From positions 992,001 to 1,056,000 of the forward strand of contig JAWMAR010000276.1 in the NCBI GenBank assembly GCA_036785375.1: a DNA stretch of 64,000 nucleotides. Direction: 5' to 3'. The notes beneath the pieces are model-generated. The model was not told the DNA's origin. It saw only the letters and a list, made by a program, of their open reading frames with translations, and ran no database searches. The stretch is from Leucoraja ocellata. Its lineage: Eukaryota. The first letter of the stretch is position 1; every line of letters starts with the position of its first letter. Below are positions 35,101 through 50,100 of the stretch, piece after piece. The position numbers were made by a program, and so were the translations under genes.

Positions 35101-38100
35101 ACTGAAACTCATGGGAGAAGCAGGGAGTCACAGGGAAATATACAAATACCCATCAGATAGTACCAGAAGTTAGGACTGAATCTGGGTTGCAGTAGAGTAG
35201 CTCTCTAACTGTGTCAATGTTCCATCTTTCAATAATTAGAAATGAACAATACATATTCAAATTTATATTCAACTTCATAAGGGAATAGAATGCTCACTGC
35301 CAGTACAGTTTTATATTGCAACACCAAACACACCTATAGTCTAATTACTGCCAATGTGCATCAGGATTGGTGAAATAAAGTGGTACTTCAGCCAATGAAG
35401 CTCACCTGTTTTATTTACTGAACGTATCTTAAACTTGGTTATCCTGAAATGTGGACTATATGGAGGCTCAATTAGATGTCCAGTCTGAGGATACGAGATT
35501 GTTGTGAGCAAGTGATCATTTCCTGCAGCCTTCATCATCTTCTTTATCTGAGAGAAAAAAGCAAACAGGTTTTAACCCACGAATACCTCCAGCCAAGAAC
35601 CACAAAATCTCACATGCATTTTGGACATTATGCATTTACCTCATCAGCAGATTCAGCTGCAGGGCAGTTTTGATCATCTTCACCATAGATAATCATTAAG
35701 GGGCATCTGATTTTATCAACCTTTCAATGAAAGATAAGAATGTATGTTGTAAAGAATTAACAACAGTTAGTTGTCTGCATGAAATTATCTAAACTAAAAC
35801 ATAGAAATAAATCGACAAATAGCCATTTGCCATTATTTTAACAGAATTTTCTCTATATTAGCCTTCCTATAAAGAAGCTATTGGAATTTAAACATTTGAA
35901 TTACAAATACAATTGCCGCACTAAAATATGGCACATTAATAAAATACAATCTATTGACATCACCCCATCCAAAGGAGCACTCCCCTTCAACATCCATGAC
36001 CTGCCTGATTTTATGGTAAAACCTAATTTTATGGTAAGGTTTTTATGGTACACTGCTAACATATTATTCCCGTAGTTAATAAAATAATTTACCGGCACAA
36101 TTAACTTTGAAACATTCGTGAATGGAAGGGAAAGGTACTTCCATATCATAACACCGTCTTCTGTAAACCTAATTTTACTTGTGGCTCTAGGTGAAAAGGC
36201 AGAGAAAAGAGAAAGCAGACAAGTTAATAAAGCCCAAAATAATATTTTATTCTGATTGTTAAATCCATTAATCCTTTGTTTATTTAAATTAATATACAGT
36301 GGCTTGCAAAAGTATTCATACCCCTTGAACCTTTCCACATTTTGTCACGTTACAACCACAAACATAAATGTGTTTTATTGGGATTTTATGTGATAGACCA
36401 ACACAAAGTGGCGTATAATTGTGAAGTGGAAGGAAAATGATACATGGTTTTCAAATTTTTTTACAAATAAAAAACTGAAATGTGTGGCGTGCAAAAGTAT
36501 TCAGCCCCCTTTACTCTGATACCCCTAAATAAAATCCAGTGCAACCAATTGCCTTCAGAAGTCACCTAATTAGTAAATAGAGTCCACTTGTGTGTAATCT
36601 AATCTCAGTATAAATACAGCTGTTCTGTGAAGGCCTCAGAGGTTTGTTAGAGAACATTAGTGAACAAACAGCATCATGAAGCCCAAGGAACACATCAGAC
36701 AGGTCAGGGATAAAGTTGTGGAGAAGTTTAAAGCAGGGTTAGGTTATAAAAAAATATCCCAAGCTTTGAACATCTCACGGAGCACTGTTCAATCCATTAG
36801 CTGAAAATGGAAAGAGTATGACACAACATCAAACCTACCAAGCAATGGCCGTCCACCTAAACTGACAGGCCGGGCAAGGAGAGCATTGATCAGAGAAGCA
36901 GCCAAGAGGCCCATGGTAACTCTGGAGGAGCTGCAGAGATCCACAGCTCAGGTGGGATAATCTGTCCACAGGACAACTATTAGTCGTGCACTCCACAAAT
37001 CGGGCCTTTATTGAAGAGTGGCAAGAAGAAAGCCATTGTTGAAAAAAAGCCATAAGAAGTCCCGTTTGCAGTTTGCCACAAGCCATGTGGGGGACACAGC
37101 AAACATGTGGAGGAAGGTGATCTGGTCAGATGAGACCAAAATTGAAGTTTTTGGCCTAAATGCAAAACGCTATGTGTGGCGGAAAACTAACACTGCACAT
37201 CACCCTGAACACACCATCCCCACTGTGAAACATGGTGGTGGCAGCATCATGCTAGTCAGAATTGATGGGAAGATGGATGGAGCCAAATACAGGGCAATCT
37301 TGGAAGAAAACCTGTTAAGAGTCTGCAAAAGACTTGAGACTGGGGCAGAGGTTCACCTTCCAGCAGGACAACGACCCTAAACATACAGCCAGAGCTACAA
37401 TGGAATGGTTTAGATCAAAGCATATTCATGTGTTAGAATGGCCCAGTCAAAGTCCAGACCTAAATCCAATTGAGAATCTCTGGCAAGACTTAAATTGCTG
37501 TTCACAGACGCTCTCCATCCAATTTGACTGAGCTTGAGCTATTTTGCAAAGAAGAATGGGCAAAAATTTAAGTCTCTAGATGTGCAAAGCTGGTAGAGAC
37601 ATACCCCAAAAGACTTACAGCTGTAATTGCAGCGATGGGTGGTTCTACAAAGTATTGACTCGGGGGGGCTGAATACTTTTGCACGCCACACTTTTCTGTT
37701 TTTTATTTGTAAAAGAATTTGAAAACCATGTATCATTTTCCTTCCACTTCATAATTATGCACCACTTTGTGTTGGTCTATCACATAAAATCCCAATAAAA
37801 TACATTTACGTTTGTGGTTGTAACGTGACAAAATGTGGAAAAGTTCAAGGGGTATGAATACTTTTGCAAGCCACTGTAGGTTTACATAACCTACCAATTC
37901 GCATTTGTAAACTGTCTCGATTTGAAATATTTTTTCAGAAGGCAACCAATTCTTCCTGATATTTAAATACACCACACGCATCATGGTCTTCGCCCTCAGG
38001 AGGGAATACCCATTGAAGAACAATTATACATAAAAGGAAAATTCCAATATCAACTTACTCATTCGCATCTTCAATTAAATCAGCATTTCCATTCCAGATA

Positions 38101-41100
38101 ATGTTTAAATGAGTTCCACTGATGCAAATTATGCATTTCGGCTGAAGAAATAGGGCAAGAGGTGCAGTGGATTAACCATTAATATCAACAGAAATGTTTT
38201 AATACTTTGTAAAAAATGAAACTTAAAGCTGAGTAACAGGTGAACAATGCCAATTTCCAGCAAATGAATCAACTGCTGATATCAATTACACCAACTAGTT
38301 ATGATTGTAGAACATTTACTAATATTGCACACAAGCTCAGAACTCGGGGACATTTAATTGGGAAAATATCCTTTTGTCAGAAGTTTAATTGCTTTACAAA
38401 GGCCTAATAAATATCTCCTTTTCAAAGTGCATAGAATTTTAATTTTGTAGGCTACAGATAAACAATCTGAAAGAAATTTTAAATCTGCCATTTGTCAAAT
38501 TGACCCACACACTGCAAATGTCTTACATACAATATATACTATACACTATACAATAGTGAACAGATTAGATCTCGCAATATTTTAAATACTGTAAGACTTA
38601 AAATACTATCTTGCCCTTCTGATTTCATCTTTATAAACCTTACATATGCCCCCTCTTTCGTTTTGGCCAAATGTACAACTTCTTTGGTCATCTAAGTTTC
38701 CCTTAATTTGCTAACCTTATCTCTCCTCCTCACTGGAACATGTAATTCCTGAACTCTGATCAAACACGAATTCCACATGTCAGAGGTCGACTTGCTCAAT
38801 AACAGTAAGTTAGCATGTGAAACTAAATTAGGTGGCATCATAGATAGTGAATACGGTTATCATAAATTACAGCAGGTCCTTGATCAGATGGGCAATTGGG
38901 CTGAGGAATAGTTAATGGAGTTTAATGAAGATAAGCGCGAGGTATTGCACTTTGGGAAGTCAAACCAAGGCAGGATATTCATAGTGAATGGTAGAGCCCT
39001 GCATGGTGGACAAACCCTCCAGCAAGTGCTCACTGAGTGCCATGTGACAGTCTCCCCGAATAGTAAAGCAACTAGTAGCGGCACAGCGGTAGAGCTGCGG
39101 CCACAATGCACCCGAGATCCGGGGGTCAATCAAGACTGTGAGTGCTATCCGCGTGGAATTTGCACATTCTCCCTGTGACTGCGTGGGATTGCTCTGGGTG
39201 CTCCGGTTTTCTCCCACATTCCAAAGTCGTGCAGATTTGTTGGTTAATTGGCCTCAATAAATTGCCCTCAGGGTGGGATGCAAAACTGGGTTAACATAGA
39301 ACTAGTACAAACAGGTGATCGTTGGTTGGTGTGGACAAAGTGTCTGTTTCCACGCTGTATCTCTAAACTAAACTTCACTGCCTCTTTAACCTTCCTCACT
39401 ATCATGTCTGAAACATTGAAACCCTGGAATGTTGAGTATCAGTCCCACCTCTCTCACAGCTAAGTCTCTGCAAAGGCTACAACCACACAATTCTGAGCAC
39501 TGATCCAGGTTCTAAGTGAATCTGCTTTACCCACACCATGTTGTTGGAATCAACACACTTCAGCCTATTCATTTCACCAAATTCCTTAACGTCTCCCTGC
39601 CTATCCTTTCTTTGAGACTTACTAGTTATAACCTGTACCTTCCCGTCAGTCCTTCCATTTGCTGACCTGCTCTGGTTCCCACCCCATGCCACACTAGTTT
39701 AAACCCCCCCAAGTAGCATCAGCCAACCTTCTTGCAAGGATATTGGTTCCCTTCAGTTCAAGTACAATCTGTTCCTCTTTTCCTGAAAAAAAACAAACCA
39801 AATGGTCCAAAAATCCGAATCTGTGCCAGCTCCTCAGCCACGCAAACTCCTCAGTCACACATTTGTCTTATTTTCCTCTTCCTACCCACATTAGCATAAA
39901 GCACCAGGCATAATCCAGAAATTACCACCCTCAAGGTCCTGCTTTGTAACCTTTTGCCTAATTCCCTATATTCACTCTGCATGACCTCACCCCCTTTTCT
40001 ACCCATGTCATTTGTGCCAATCTTCTACAAAGTATCTATGAGATGCAAAACGTAACTTTTTTTTTGCAAGTTGTTTTCATTGTTGATTAACTTACCTGAA
40101 TATTTGTGAGCTCTGTTGCCATTAAGAGTGCAATTGTGACTCCAAGTGAAAGTCCGACAAGGGCAACCTTGCCTTTGGCAACCTTTGGATGGTTATTCAA
40201 GGCAACAAAGGCCTCCTGTATGTCAGTGAATAATATATTGCAGTATCTTGTTATTTAACAGCAACATCACCAAATCCAACAATAGTACACATCAAACACT
40301 TAAATTGTTTTGATCCTGGAATCATGAGAGACCAACATGACTTCTGCCAAGCTTTGCCTGTGCATGGACTGCCACGTTTTACCTTCCTTACCTCGAAATA
40401 AGAAAGTTTTGGTTCAAAGACTTCCTTTGACGGTGGAACATCTTTATGTCCTGTATAAGCCAAGGCGAGCACTGCATATCCTCTGGATGCAAGTAGAGCT
40501 GCTCGGTATTCCATTAGACCTCCTCCACCACCCCACATGTCCAGGATTGCAGGAAATGGTCCAGGGCCTAATAAATACATCAGGATATGCAGTTCTGAAA
40601 GGCAGCCAACAGACTGTTTGAACATAGAACAATATGTACAGCATCTTAATCATGATGTCTGCACTGTGAAAAACATCCATTTATATAGCACCTATAGACC
40701 CATTAAGGTGGAATATATGTGCATATACTGCATTTCGTTGTCTCTGTACTGTACACTGACAATGACAATTAAAGTTGAATCTGAATCTGAATTAGAGACA
40801 GTCTAGGGTAGGTTCTCTGTCAATTAATGGGATGTAGGGACTGACTGCTGAGGGAAGGTCAAGCAACTTCGGACTATGCTCAAAGAAGTTTAGAAGAAAG
40901 AAAGGAAATTTAGATATTGAGAAATTAATTCTCCTGGTGGTGGCAAAATCTGAAAAGTAGAATGAGAGGCATCCATGCAAGAGAGATGATGGGGAATTTC
41001 TTGAGAGTTTTTGAATTTCTTGCACTCTTTTACTGATAAATATTGAAGGCCAAGATAGATGTTTGGTTTATAGGGACATCATCAGTTATAGGAAACAGAT

Positions 41101-44100
41101 AGGAAAATGAAGCCAAGTCCATGAATGTATTGATTGGCTGAGTATACATGGGCTGTATAAGCCTCTTCCGACCTCTAATTATGTTTGTTAAATTATTGTA
41201 ATATGAAGATTGCGGCAGCCAATTTCCACACAGAAGCTCTCAATCATCAATTGCTGCATGACAGAATTGTAGTTCATGCTAGTGGGTTTTACTTCCCACG
41301 TATTAAAACGGTTACATTTTTTTAAATAAAAATTGCCAAGTATAGCTAATTTTGTATCTGCAGGTGCTTGTTTTCTATTTTGCTGATATCTGCATTGTTA
41401 AAGAATTCTAAGGCCACAGTATGAAGTGATCCAAATTCGAAGCAGTTTGATGGCTCAGCTGAGTGACATTGGACTTCCAAATATTTAATAATTGGAGAAA
41501 ATATCTGCTCATCTGTGACTGGATTTCAGACAAGCAGATGGGCAATTGAAAGATGATGGGGTTGAGAATGAGGTTGAATCAATGTACTGAAATGTTTTGT
41601 TGGTTTTGCAAGCATTTGGAAGGGGCCAGGCATTAATCCTTGAATGACAAATGGAATTCATAGTGGAGGTAGTTGAAGCAGGTAACATCGCAATGTTTAA
41701 GAGACATTTAGACAGGTACATGGATAGGACAGATTTAGAGGGGTATGGACCAAACGCAGGTCGGTGGGACTAATGTAGATAGGACATGCTGGCCGATGTG
41801 CGTAAGTTGGACCGAAAGGCCTGTTTCCACACTAAGACTTCATGACATCAAAGACACCAAAACAGTGTGGTGTGCGAGCTGGAATAAAAATCAATGCTGG
41901 GATTCTCTGATCTTGGGTGCAGTTTCAAATAACAGAACAACAATAAAAAAAAGATGTAATTAAATCGACCATCGGTGGCGAGTCAAGAAGAATAAAGAGG
42001 GATCATCTATTCTTGGCATCATCACATTAATGTCCTTTGTAACCTTGATAACAGTAATGTTTCAGTGCTGTGGCATGAGAATACATCCAATTACAAGGAT
42101 TAAACGTGGCATTCAAGAAAAGATGAACATGGACATGGAAGGTAACATCACTAGACTACATCACTAAAACATTGATTGTAATAATTTGTATATTAATATC
42201 ATTGATCCCGAAAGTAAAGAGCTCAACCTTATATCATATCAGAATCAAAAAGAATAAATTAATAGCATATAATCTATGTGAATATTTTGTACATGTCCAG
42301 ATCATGCAAATATTACATTACTTGTTCTGGGTTTTATAACTTTGGAAGGGAATTAAAAATTAAGTTGGAATCTCCAGGATTTATTTTCTCATGTTTTTCC
42401 ATTAATTGCAATTGTATTTTTTTTTAACACATATTTTTATATCACAAGGCAATTTATAAAGCTATTGAAAACATTAACTTGTCAAGACCAAGAACTGATT
42501 TGTAACATTCAAGAAAGTTTGTTGAGCTGAAAAATCTTCACGCCCAATTTTTGATTACCCGGGGCAGGGGCAGAGGGTCATTAAGATGGCTGTTTCCCAG
42601 AGATTCACTTTGGAATATATGAATAACCCTTGTTAGCCTTGACATCAGAACTATAGGACATTGTTAAGAAACTAAAGAACTTAAACCCATTAAACAATAT
42701 CATATCAAAGTTGAAAAGAGTAAAACAGCAGACATACACATTAAATTTATGGCGTGAAGCCCGAGTCATCAGAGGGAAGGAAGGAAGGAAGGAAGGACTG
42801 GAGGTAGGACATGCAGTGTATTGAAGTCTTGGGAAATTGACAGTGACGAATGAGGCTTTCTGTAGAGCATTAATTTCAATACATTGGGGATCATGGGATG
42901 AAGAACGTGCTGATGGCTCTTTTTGGAGCTTAGAAACAACAAGAGGAAATTTCAGAGAACAACACCACAATAAAATATACCATAACAGAGGTCATGATGC
43001 CATGAAATCTGTCAGCTCTGAATACTGGGGTAATGTAACGCATATTCCAGAACAAGGGGTCACAAGGATAAGGGGGAAGTCTTTAGGACCAAGATGAGAA
43101 AAACATTTTTTACACAGAGAGTGGTGAATCTGTGGAATTCTCTGCCTCAGAAGGTAGTTGAGGCCAGTTCATTGGCTATATATAAGATGTGGCCCTTGTG
43201 GCTAAAGGGGTCAGGGGGTATGGTGAGAAGGCAGGTACAGGATACTGAGTTGGATGATCAGCCATGATCATATTGAATGGTGGTGCAGGCTCGAAGGGCC
43301 GAATGGCCTACTCCTGCACCTATTTTCTATGTTTCAATGTTTCTATATGAAATTAATTGAATCAAACACACCTTACTAATCCTTCTCCAACCTCCCTTTC
43401 CTATTTTAAAGATACATTGGGTATGCAAGCAAAGAATTTAATTGTGCCTAGTCACATGTGACATTAAAGTATTCTATTCCAAGATCGGAATGCTCAGAAC
43501 AATCTTGCTCGAGGAACAAACTTTTTACTGGATTTTCAATGAAAAGGGTAAAGGGTAAAATGCAAAATAGTCAGTTAGTGCATCAACACTATTTCAGAGG
43601 TCAAAAAATTGAGCCAATACACCTGTGTCTCCCTAAATAGGTTGAAACTTAAACTTTACTTGCGAGAACAAGTATATCATCTGAATCATTAGTGAGAATA
43701 AATTGCATCCTCCAAGATGTTGCCACGTTGAGGGATCATTATTTGCCTCTTTCTATGGCAGGGTCTTAGGGTTCGCCAACCTAGATTTTTTGCTAGGCTG
43801 CATCATCAACAGAAACATTTTGGGCAAAAAATTCAAAAATCTGAACACACGATCTTGCTATACAAGAACTGTTTGACGTATTTTCCTAAATATCCTTCAA
43901 TGTAATTCACTGAATTCAAGCCATATTGGTATACATGAATACATACTAAACTACATAACATCATATTTTTCTGTATTTTTCATGGTATGGAATCAGGTAG
44001 GGACAAGAAAGAAAATGACATAGTTTGAGAATAATTGCAGTAAATTCCAAGAGGAACACGAGGTGAAAGGAAATAAAGACAAAGGATGGAATATTATCAC

Positions 44101-47100
44101 TCTGCAGCACTGCATTCCATTACCTGGTGGAAAGAATAGTGTTCCAACGACACGGCCCTCTTTGAACTCTAACCTGGTGGCGCCTGGGGCCATATAAAAG
44201 CGTTCTAATACAACTGATGCCAGAACTACAGCCTTGTCAAAATTACTGGAAATCCAACCATCATAAACTGAAACAGTTACTGTAAGTGGGGTGGTCATAT
44301 TCTTCTTCCTTAACCTAAAAGGTAAATTGGCAAATTTAAGACATAAAAACCTGTATCTGAACATCAAAGGTTTAAAAATGGGAAAAGGGCTAGTGGGGAA
44401 TTGTATAAACTTATTCTTTTGCCGTTCCTTAAAGTAGGAACATATCCTGTGGATAAAAAGGAACTAGAGATACTATATAGTATATTTGCATTCGAAGAAG
44501 GCATTTGATAATGCATTTGATAATCCAGTTATTACAACAACAAAAACTGATGGTCTCGGAGAAAACACATAGGCACAGATAGATGATTCAAGAAAGAACT
44601 GCAGATGCTAGATGATTGTTTGGCTCATAGAAAAAAGAACGCAAGATTAATAGGCCTTTTTCAGATTGGCAAAATGCAACAAATGGGTACAGTTGATAAT
44701 TTTAAAGGGTCACAACGGGCACATAAGTTGTGAAGAGTACTCAGGGATGCTGCAAAGATATACAGTGCCCTCCATAATGTTTGGGACAAAGACCCATCAT
44801 TTATTTATTTGCCTCTGTACTCCACAATTTGAGATTTGTAATAGAAAAAAAATTACATGTGGTTAAAGTGCACATTGTCAGATTTTATTAAAGGCCATTT
44901 TTATACATTTTGGTTTCACCATGTAGAAATTACAGCTGTGTTTATACAGGCCCCTCCCATTTCAGGGCACCATAATGTTTGGGACACATGGCTTCATAGG
45001 TGTTTGTAATTGCTCAGGTGTGTTTAATTACCTCCTTAATGCGGATATTCAATTCAATTCAATTTAATTGTCATTTGGACCCCATGAGGTACAAACGAAA
45101 TGCCGTTTCTGCAGCCATACATTACAAACAAATAGACCCAAGACACAACATAATTTACATAAACATCCATCACATCGCTGTGATGGAAGGCCAAAAAAAC
45201 TTATCTCTCCACTGCACTCTCCCCCCCCCCGATGTCAGAGTCAAAGTCAAAGCCCCCGGCTGGCGATGGTGATTGTCCCACAGCCATTAAAGCCACGCCG
45301 GGTGGTGCGAGGTCGCACACCGGGTCTTGGTGTTAGAGCCCCCGGCGTGCGCTCGCAGAGTCCCGCGGCCATTCCAAGCCGCGCGGGGTGGTGCTGTAGG
45401 CCCCGTTCCAAGAGCTCTTCGACCCCGCAACTCGGGCGGGAGAAGTCGCCGTTGCAGGAGCCCTGAAAAGCGGTCTCCCTCCAGGGACCCGCGGGCTCCC
45501 GGTGCCACCGTCCGCCAAACCCGCAGTTGCAGCCTCCGAATCTCTGGAGGTCGGGCCGCAGCAGCAGCAGCGCTCCACCCGCTCCGGACTCGGCCAGCTC
45601 CGCGACGAGGTGAGTCGGCACCAGAGTCCCCGGTCTTCTCCTGTTGGAGGCCGCTCCACATTGCAGCCCCAACAACAACGGAGACCCGACAAAGAAAAGG
45701 TCGGGTCTCCCGTGCAGGGAGAGATTTGAAAGTTACCCCCTCCCTCCCACGCCACCCCCACCCCCCCACACACACACCCCAACAAAAAATAACAAAAACT
45801 ACATAAAAACATAGACAAAGATAATAAAAACGCGGACGGGCTGCAGAGGCTGCTGCTGACGTGAGTCGCGCCGCCTACGTAAGAGAGCTTTCAGCACCTA
45901 ATCTTTACTCCAGTCTTTCCATCACCTTTGGAAACTTTCATTGCTGTATATAAACATGAGGACCAAAGTTGTGCCAATGAAAGTCAAATAAACCATTATG
46001 AGACTGAGAAACAAGAATAAAACTGTTAAGAGACATCAGCCAAACCTTAGGCTAACCAAAATCAATTGTTTGGAACAACATTAAAAAGAGAGCACTGGTG
46101 AGCTTACTATTCGCAAAGGGACTATTCGCAAGTAAGACCTCCAATCCCCAAACACCTGTCTGACAGATCAGAAACACTATTCAGGAGTCAGGTGTGGATT
46201 TGTCAATTAACAGAATTTCATGAACAGAAATACAGAGACTACATTGCAAGATGCAAACCACTGGTTAGCCACAAAATAGGATGGCCAGTCTACAGTTCGC
46301 CAAGAGTACTTAAAAGAGCAACCAGAGTTCTGGAAAAAAGGTCTTGTGGACAGATGAGACGAAGATTAACATATCAGAGTGATGGCAAGAGCAAAGTATG
46401 GAGGAGAGAAGTAACTGCCCAGGATCCAAAGCATACCACCTCATCTGTGAAACACAGTGGTGGGGGCGTTATGGCCTGGACATATATGGCTGCTGAAGGT
46501 ACTGACTCATTTATCTTCATTGATGATACAACAGCTGATGATAGTAGCATAATGAATTCTGAAGTGTATAGACACATCCTATCTGCTCAAGTTCAAACAA
46601 ATGCCTCAAAACTCATTGGCCGGCGGTTCATTCTACACCAAGACAATAATCGCAAACATACTGTTAAAGCAACAAAGGAGTTTTTCAAAGTTAAAAAATG
46701 GTCAATTCTTGAGTGGCCAAGTCAATCACCCGATGAATTAATGAATTAATAAGCTTATTGGCCAAGTATTCACATACAAGGAATTTGCCTTGGTGCTCCA
46801 CCCGCAAGTGACAACATGACATCCAGTGACAGATAAGAATGATACATAAAACATTAAACATTAATAATAAAAACATTATTGATTAAACATGTGAATTAAA
46901 TAAAATACCAGAACAAAAGGAGGCGACAAATTTTTGGTTATTGAGTAGAGTTATTACTCGTGGAAAAAAAGCTGTTTTTATGTCTGGCTATGGCAGATTT
47001 GAATCCATTTGAGCATGCCTTTTATATGCTGAAGAGAAAACTGAAGGGAACTAGCCCCCAAAACAAGCATAAGCTAAAGATGGCTGCTCCATACAGGCCT

Positions 47101-50100
47101 GGCAGAGCATCACCAGAGAAGACATCCAGCAACTGGTGATGTCCATGAATCGCAGACTTCAAACAGTCAAAGGATATGCAACAAAATACTAAACATGACT
47201 ACTTTCATTTACATGACATTGCTGTGTCCCAAATATTATGATGCCCTGAAATGGGGGGGACTATGTATAAACTGCTGTAATTTCCATATGGTGAAACCAA
47301 AATGTATAAAAATGGCCTTTATTCAAATCTGACAATGTGCACTTTAACCACATGTGAATTTTTCTATTACAAATCTCAAATTGTGGAGTAGAGGCAATAT
47401 AAATAAATGTTGGGTCTTTGTCCCAAACATTATGGAGGGTACTGTAGATAGGTTGAGTGGCCAAAGACCTGGTAAATGGAGAATTATGCTGGAGAATGTA
47501 AAATTATTCATCTTTAAGAAAAATAAATAACATTACCTAAATGCTGAGGTATTACAGAGGTATCAAAGTATTCTTGTACATTATATCAAAAAGCTTTAAG
47601 TTTCAGCTCCAGCAAATAATTAGGAAAGTGACCAATTATTTTTATTTATTACTAGGAACATTGAATATAATAATTGAGAATTTATGTTTCAAATGTACGG
47701 CATAAGAGTATAGTATTTGTCTTATTTATGGATAGAAATGCACTGGAAGCTGTTCAGAAGTAATTGGATGACCAAGAGCAGTACAAAGAGCAATGCAAAT
47801 TGCTGAATTTATATATTATGCACCATCAGTTATGGCAGCCTCGCCAACGGTCTGTCTGTCTATTCGTCCTTTTGTTATTTTTAGGGTGTTTTAAAAAGTA
47901 TGTGTTAATGTTCTCTGGTTTGTTTTATGTGGGGGGGGGGGGGGGGGGGAGGGGGTTGGAGGAAACTTTTTCTCAATCTCTTACCTTGCCGGAGATGCGA
48001 TTGTTTTTCAGTTCGTATCTCCGGTCGCTCTGCGGCCTAACATCATGGAGCTGGCCGCCTTGCACGGAACTGACTTTGAGCCCCACCGCGGGGACTTACC
48101 ATCGGAGCCTTGCCTGGGATCGTCACTCCAACTGCGGCCTGCGGATTTCAACATTGAGGAGCCTGATGTCGGGAAGTCGCAGAATGTTTGACACACCCCG
48201 ACCAACCGGCGTGGGGAGCTGAGATCCCCCTGATGCGGGAGAATGATTGCCCCGATGCGGAGGGCCTAACCTCCGGCTATGGGAGCCAAGATCGTCCCGT
48301 CAACGGAAGGCTCAAGGCCCCACACCGTGGGAGAATAAAGAAGGGAAGAGATTGAACTTTTTTTTGCCTTCCATCACAATGAGGAATGTGGGGGAGTCAC
48401 TGTGGTGGATATTTATGTTAAAATGTATTTTGTGTGTATTGTTGCTTCTTATTGGTATGACTATATGGCAAATCAAATTCCTCATATGTTGCAAAATATA
48501 CTTGACTAATAAAGTATGATTATTATTACGATCTAAAACACACAATCATCCCACCATACACAAGGTGCTTAATTGCACCTTGTAAGGTTTCAATGGGATC
48601 TTGCAAACTCATGTGTACTGTCTGGAGGAGGTAGAAGCTACATGGAAACATCATTAATGACAGCTCCCCTCCATGTCACAAAACAGGCTTATTCATAAAT
48701 ATAAAGATACTTTCGTCATCATTAGAAATCCTGGAATTCCCTACCTAATAACACTTTTGGAGTAGCTTCATCACATTAACTGCAACATTCTTTTCAAAAA
48801 CTTTTGGAACTAGCAATCTCTGTTCTATTAGCTTTAAAACAGTTATGTATAAAGACATGGCGGGCCCACAACTTAAATTTCTGAATTGGGCCAGGGCCAA
48901 GTTTGATGGTATTAAACTGGAACTTGCTGAAGTCTATTGGAGTAGGCGGTTTGCTGGCAAAAGAACGTCCAATAAGTAGGATTCTTTTAAAAGTGTGACG
49001 TCAAGAGTTCAGGCCATGCATGTTCCTGTTACGAGTGAAGGGTGAGAGGAATTGAGGCTCTGGTCGGGAAAGGAGGTATGGGACATGTATAGTCAGCTGG
49101 AATCAAATGTATCCCTGGAAGTTTCAGAATGATAAGACATTGGCTAATGTTGTGCCTCTATTTCAGAAGACTTAAAAGAAAAGCCTGGGAACTATAGGTC
49201 AGTGAACCTAACATCTGCCATAAGCAAGTAACAGGAGAGCATGTTGAGCCATAAGATATACGCACTTGAACAGATAGGGGCTGAGACTCGACGACTTGAG
49301 CTACAGCGAGAGGTTAGGCAAGCTAAGACTTTATTCCTGGAGTGCAGGAGGCTGAGGGGTGACCTTAAAGTGGTGTATAAAATCATAAGGGGAATCCATA
49401 GGGTGAATGCACAGTCTTTTACCTAGATTAGGGGCATCAAGAACCAGAGGACAGGTTTAAGGTGAGAGGAGAAAGATTTAATAAAAACCAGAGCGGCTAT
49501 TTTTCCACACCAGACGGTGGTGTGTATATGTAACGAGCTGCCCGAGGAGGTAATATATCAGGTACTATAATAACATTTAAAAAACATTTGGCCAGTACAT
49601 GAATAGAAAAGTTTTGGTGGGATAAATGGAAAAACACAGGCAGGTGGGACGAATGTAGATGGGGCATCTTGATCGGCATGGGCAAGTTGGGCCAAAAAGG
49701 TTCCGTGTTATATGACTCTATAAATGCTCTCCTTGTCAGAATGTCCCCATTTCATGAGTGGAAGAAAATAAATGCAACAACAGCCACCAAGCCGCAAAAA
49801 CAAATTAAAAAACAACACAGAAAAATAACTCCATGTTCCATCCATTTAATCATCATAAAAAAACAATACCTCATTGCTGGACGATTATCAGGTGCAAGCT
49901 TCATGCTCCAGATTAAGCCCATTGACTCTTGACCAATGTAGGTGCCTCCCAATGATTCATCTTGGCTGACTATGACATTAAAAATAACATTTTTTTTTTA
50001 AACTTACCAAAGTTTTACTTACACTTCCATCCAGATGAAAATGTTGAACTGTGTGGATCTACATGATTTATTTATTGATGTAACAATGTTTTTTCCCCCA

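Larger units (their letters stand above)
44763..47444 (+). mobile_element. Tc1-like transposon with two nested retroelement insertions
   Basis: TA duplication; long TIRs cagtgccctccataatgtttgggacaaagaccc...; transposase remnants [25 protein letters not shown]|LNP. Confidence 0.92.

Noticed and set aside
35901-36338. 145-aa minus ORF
   Set aside because: Only 36186-36093 is a real exon; the rest is intron and Tc1 TIR read-through
45247-45818. Several overlapping 130-160 aa ORFs on both strands
   Set aside because: By-product of a GC-rich repeat with few stop codons; no recognisable domain
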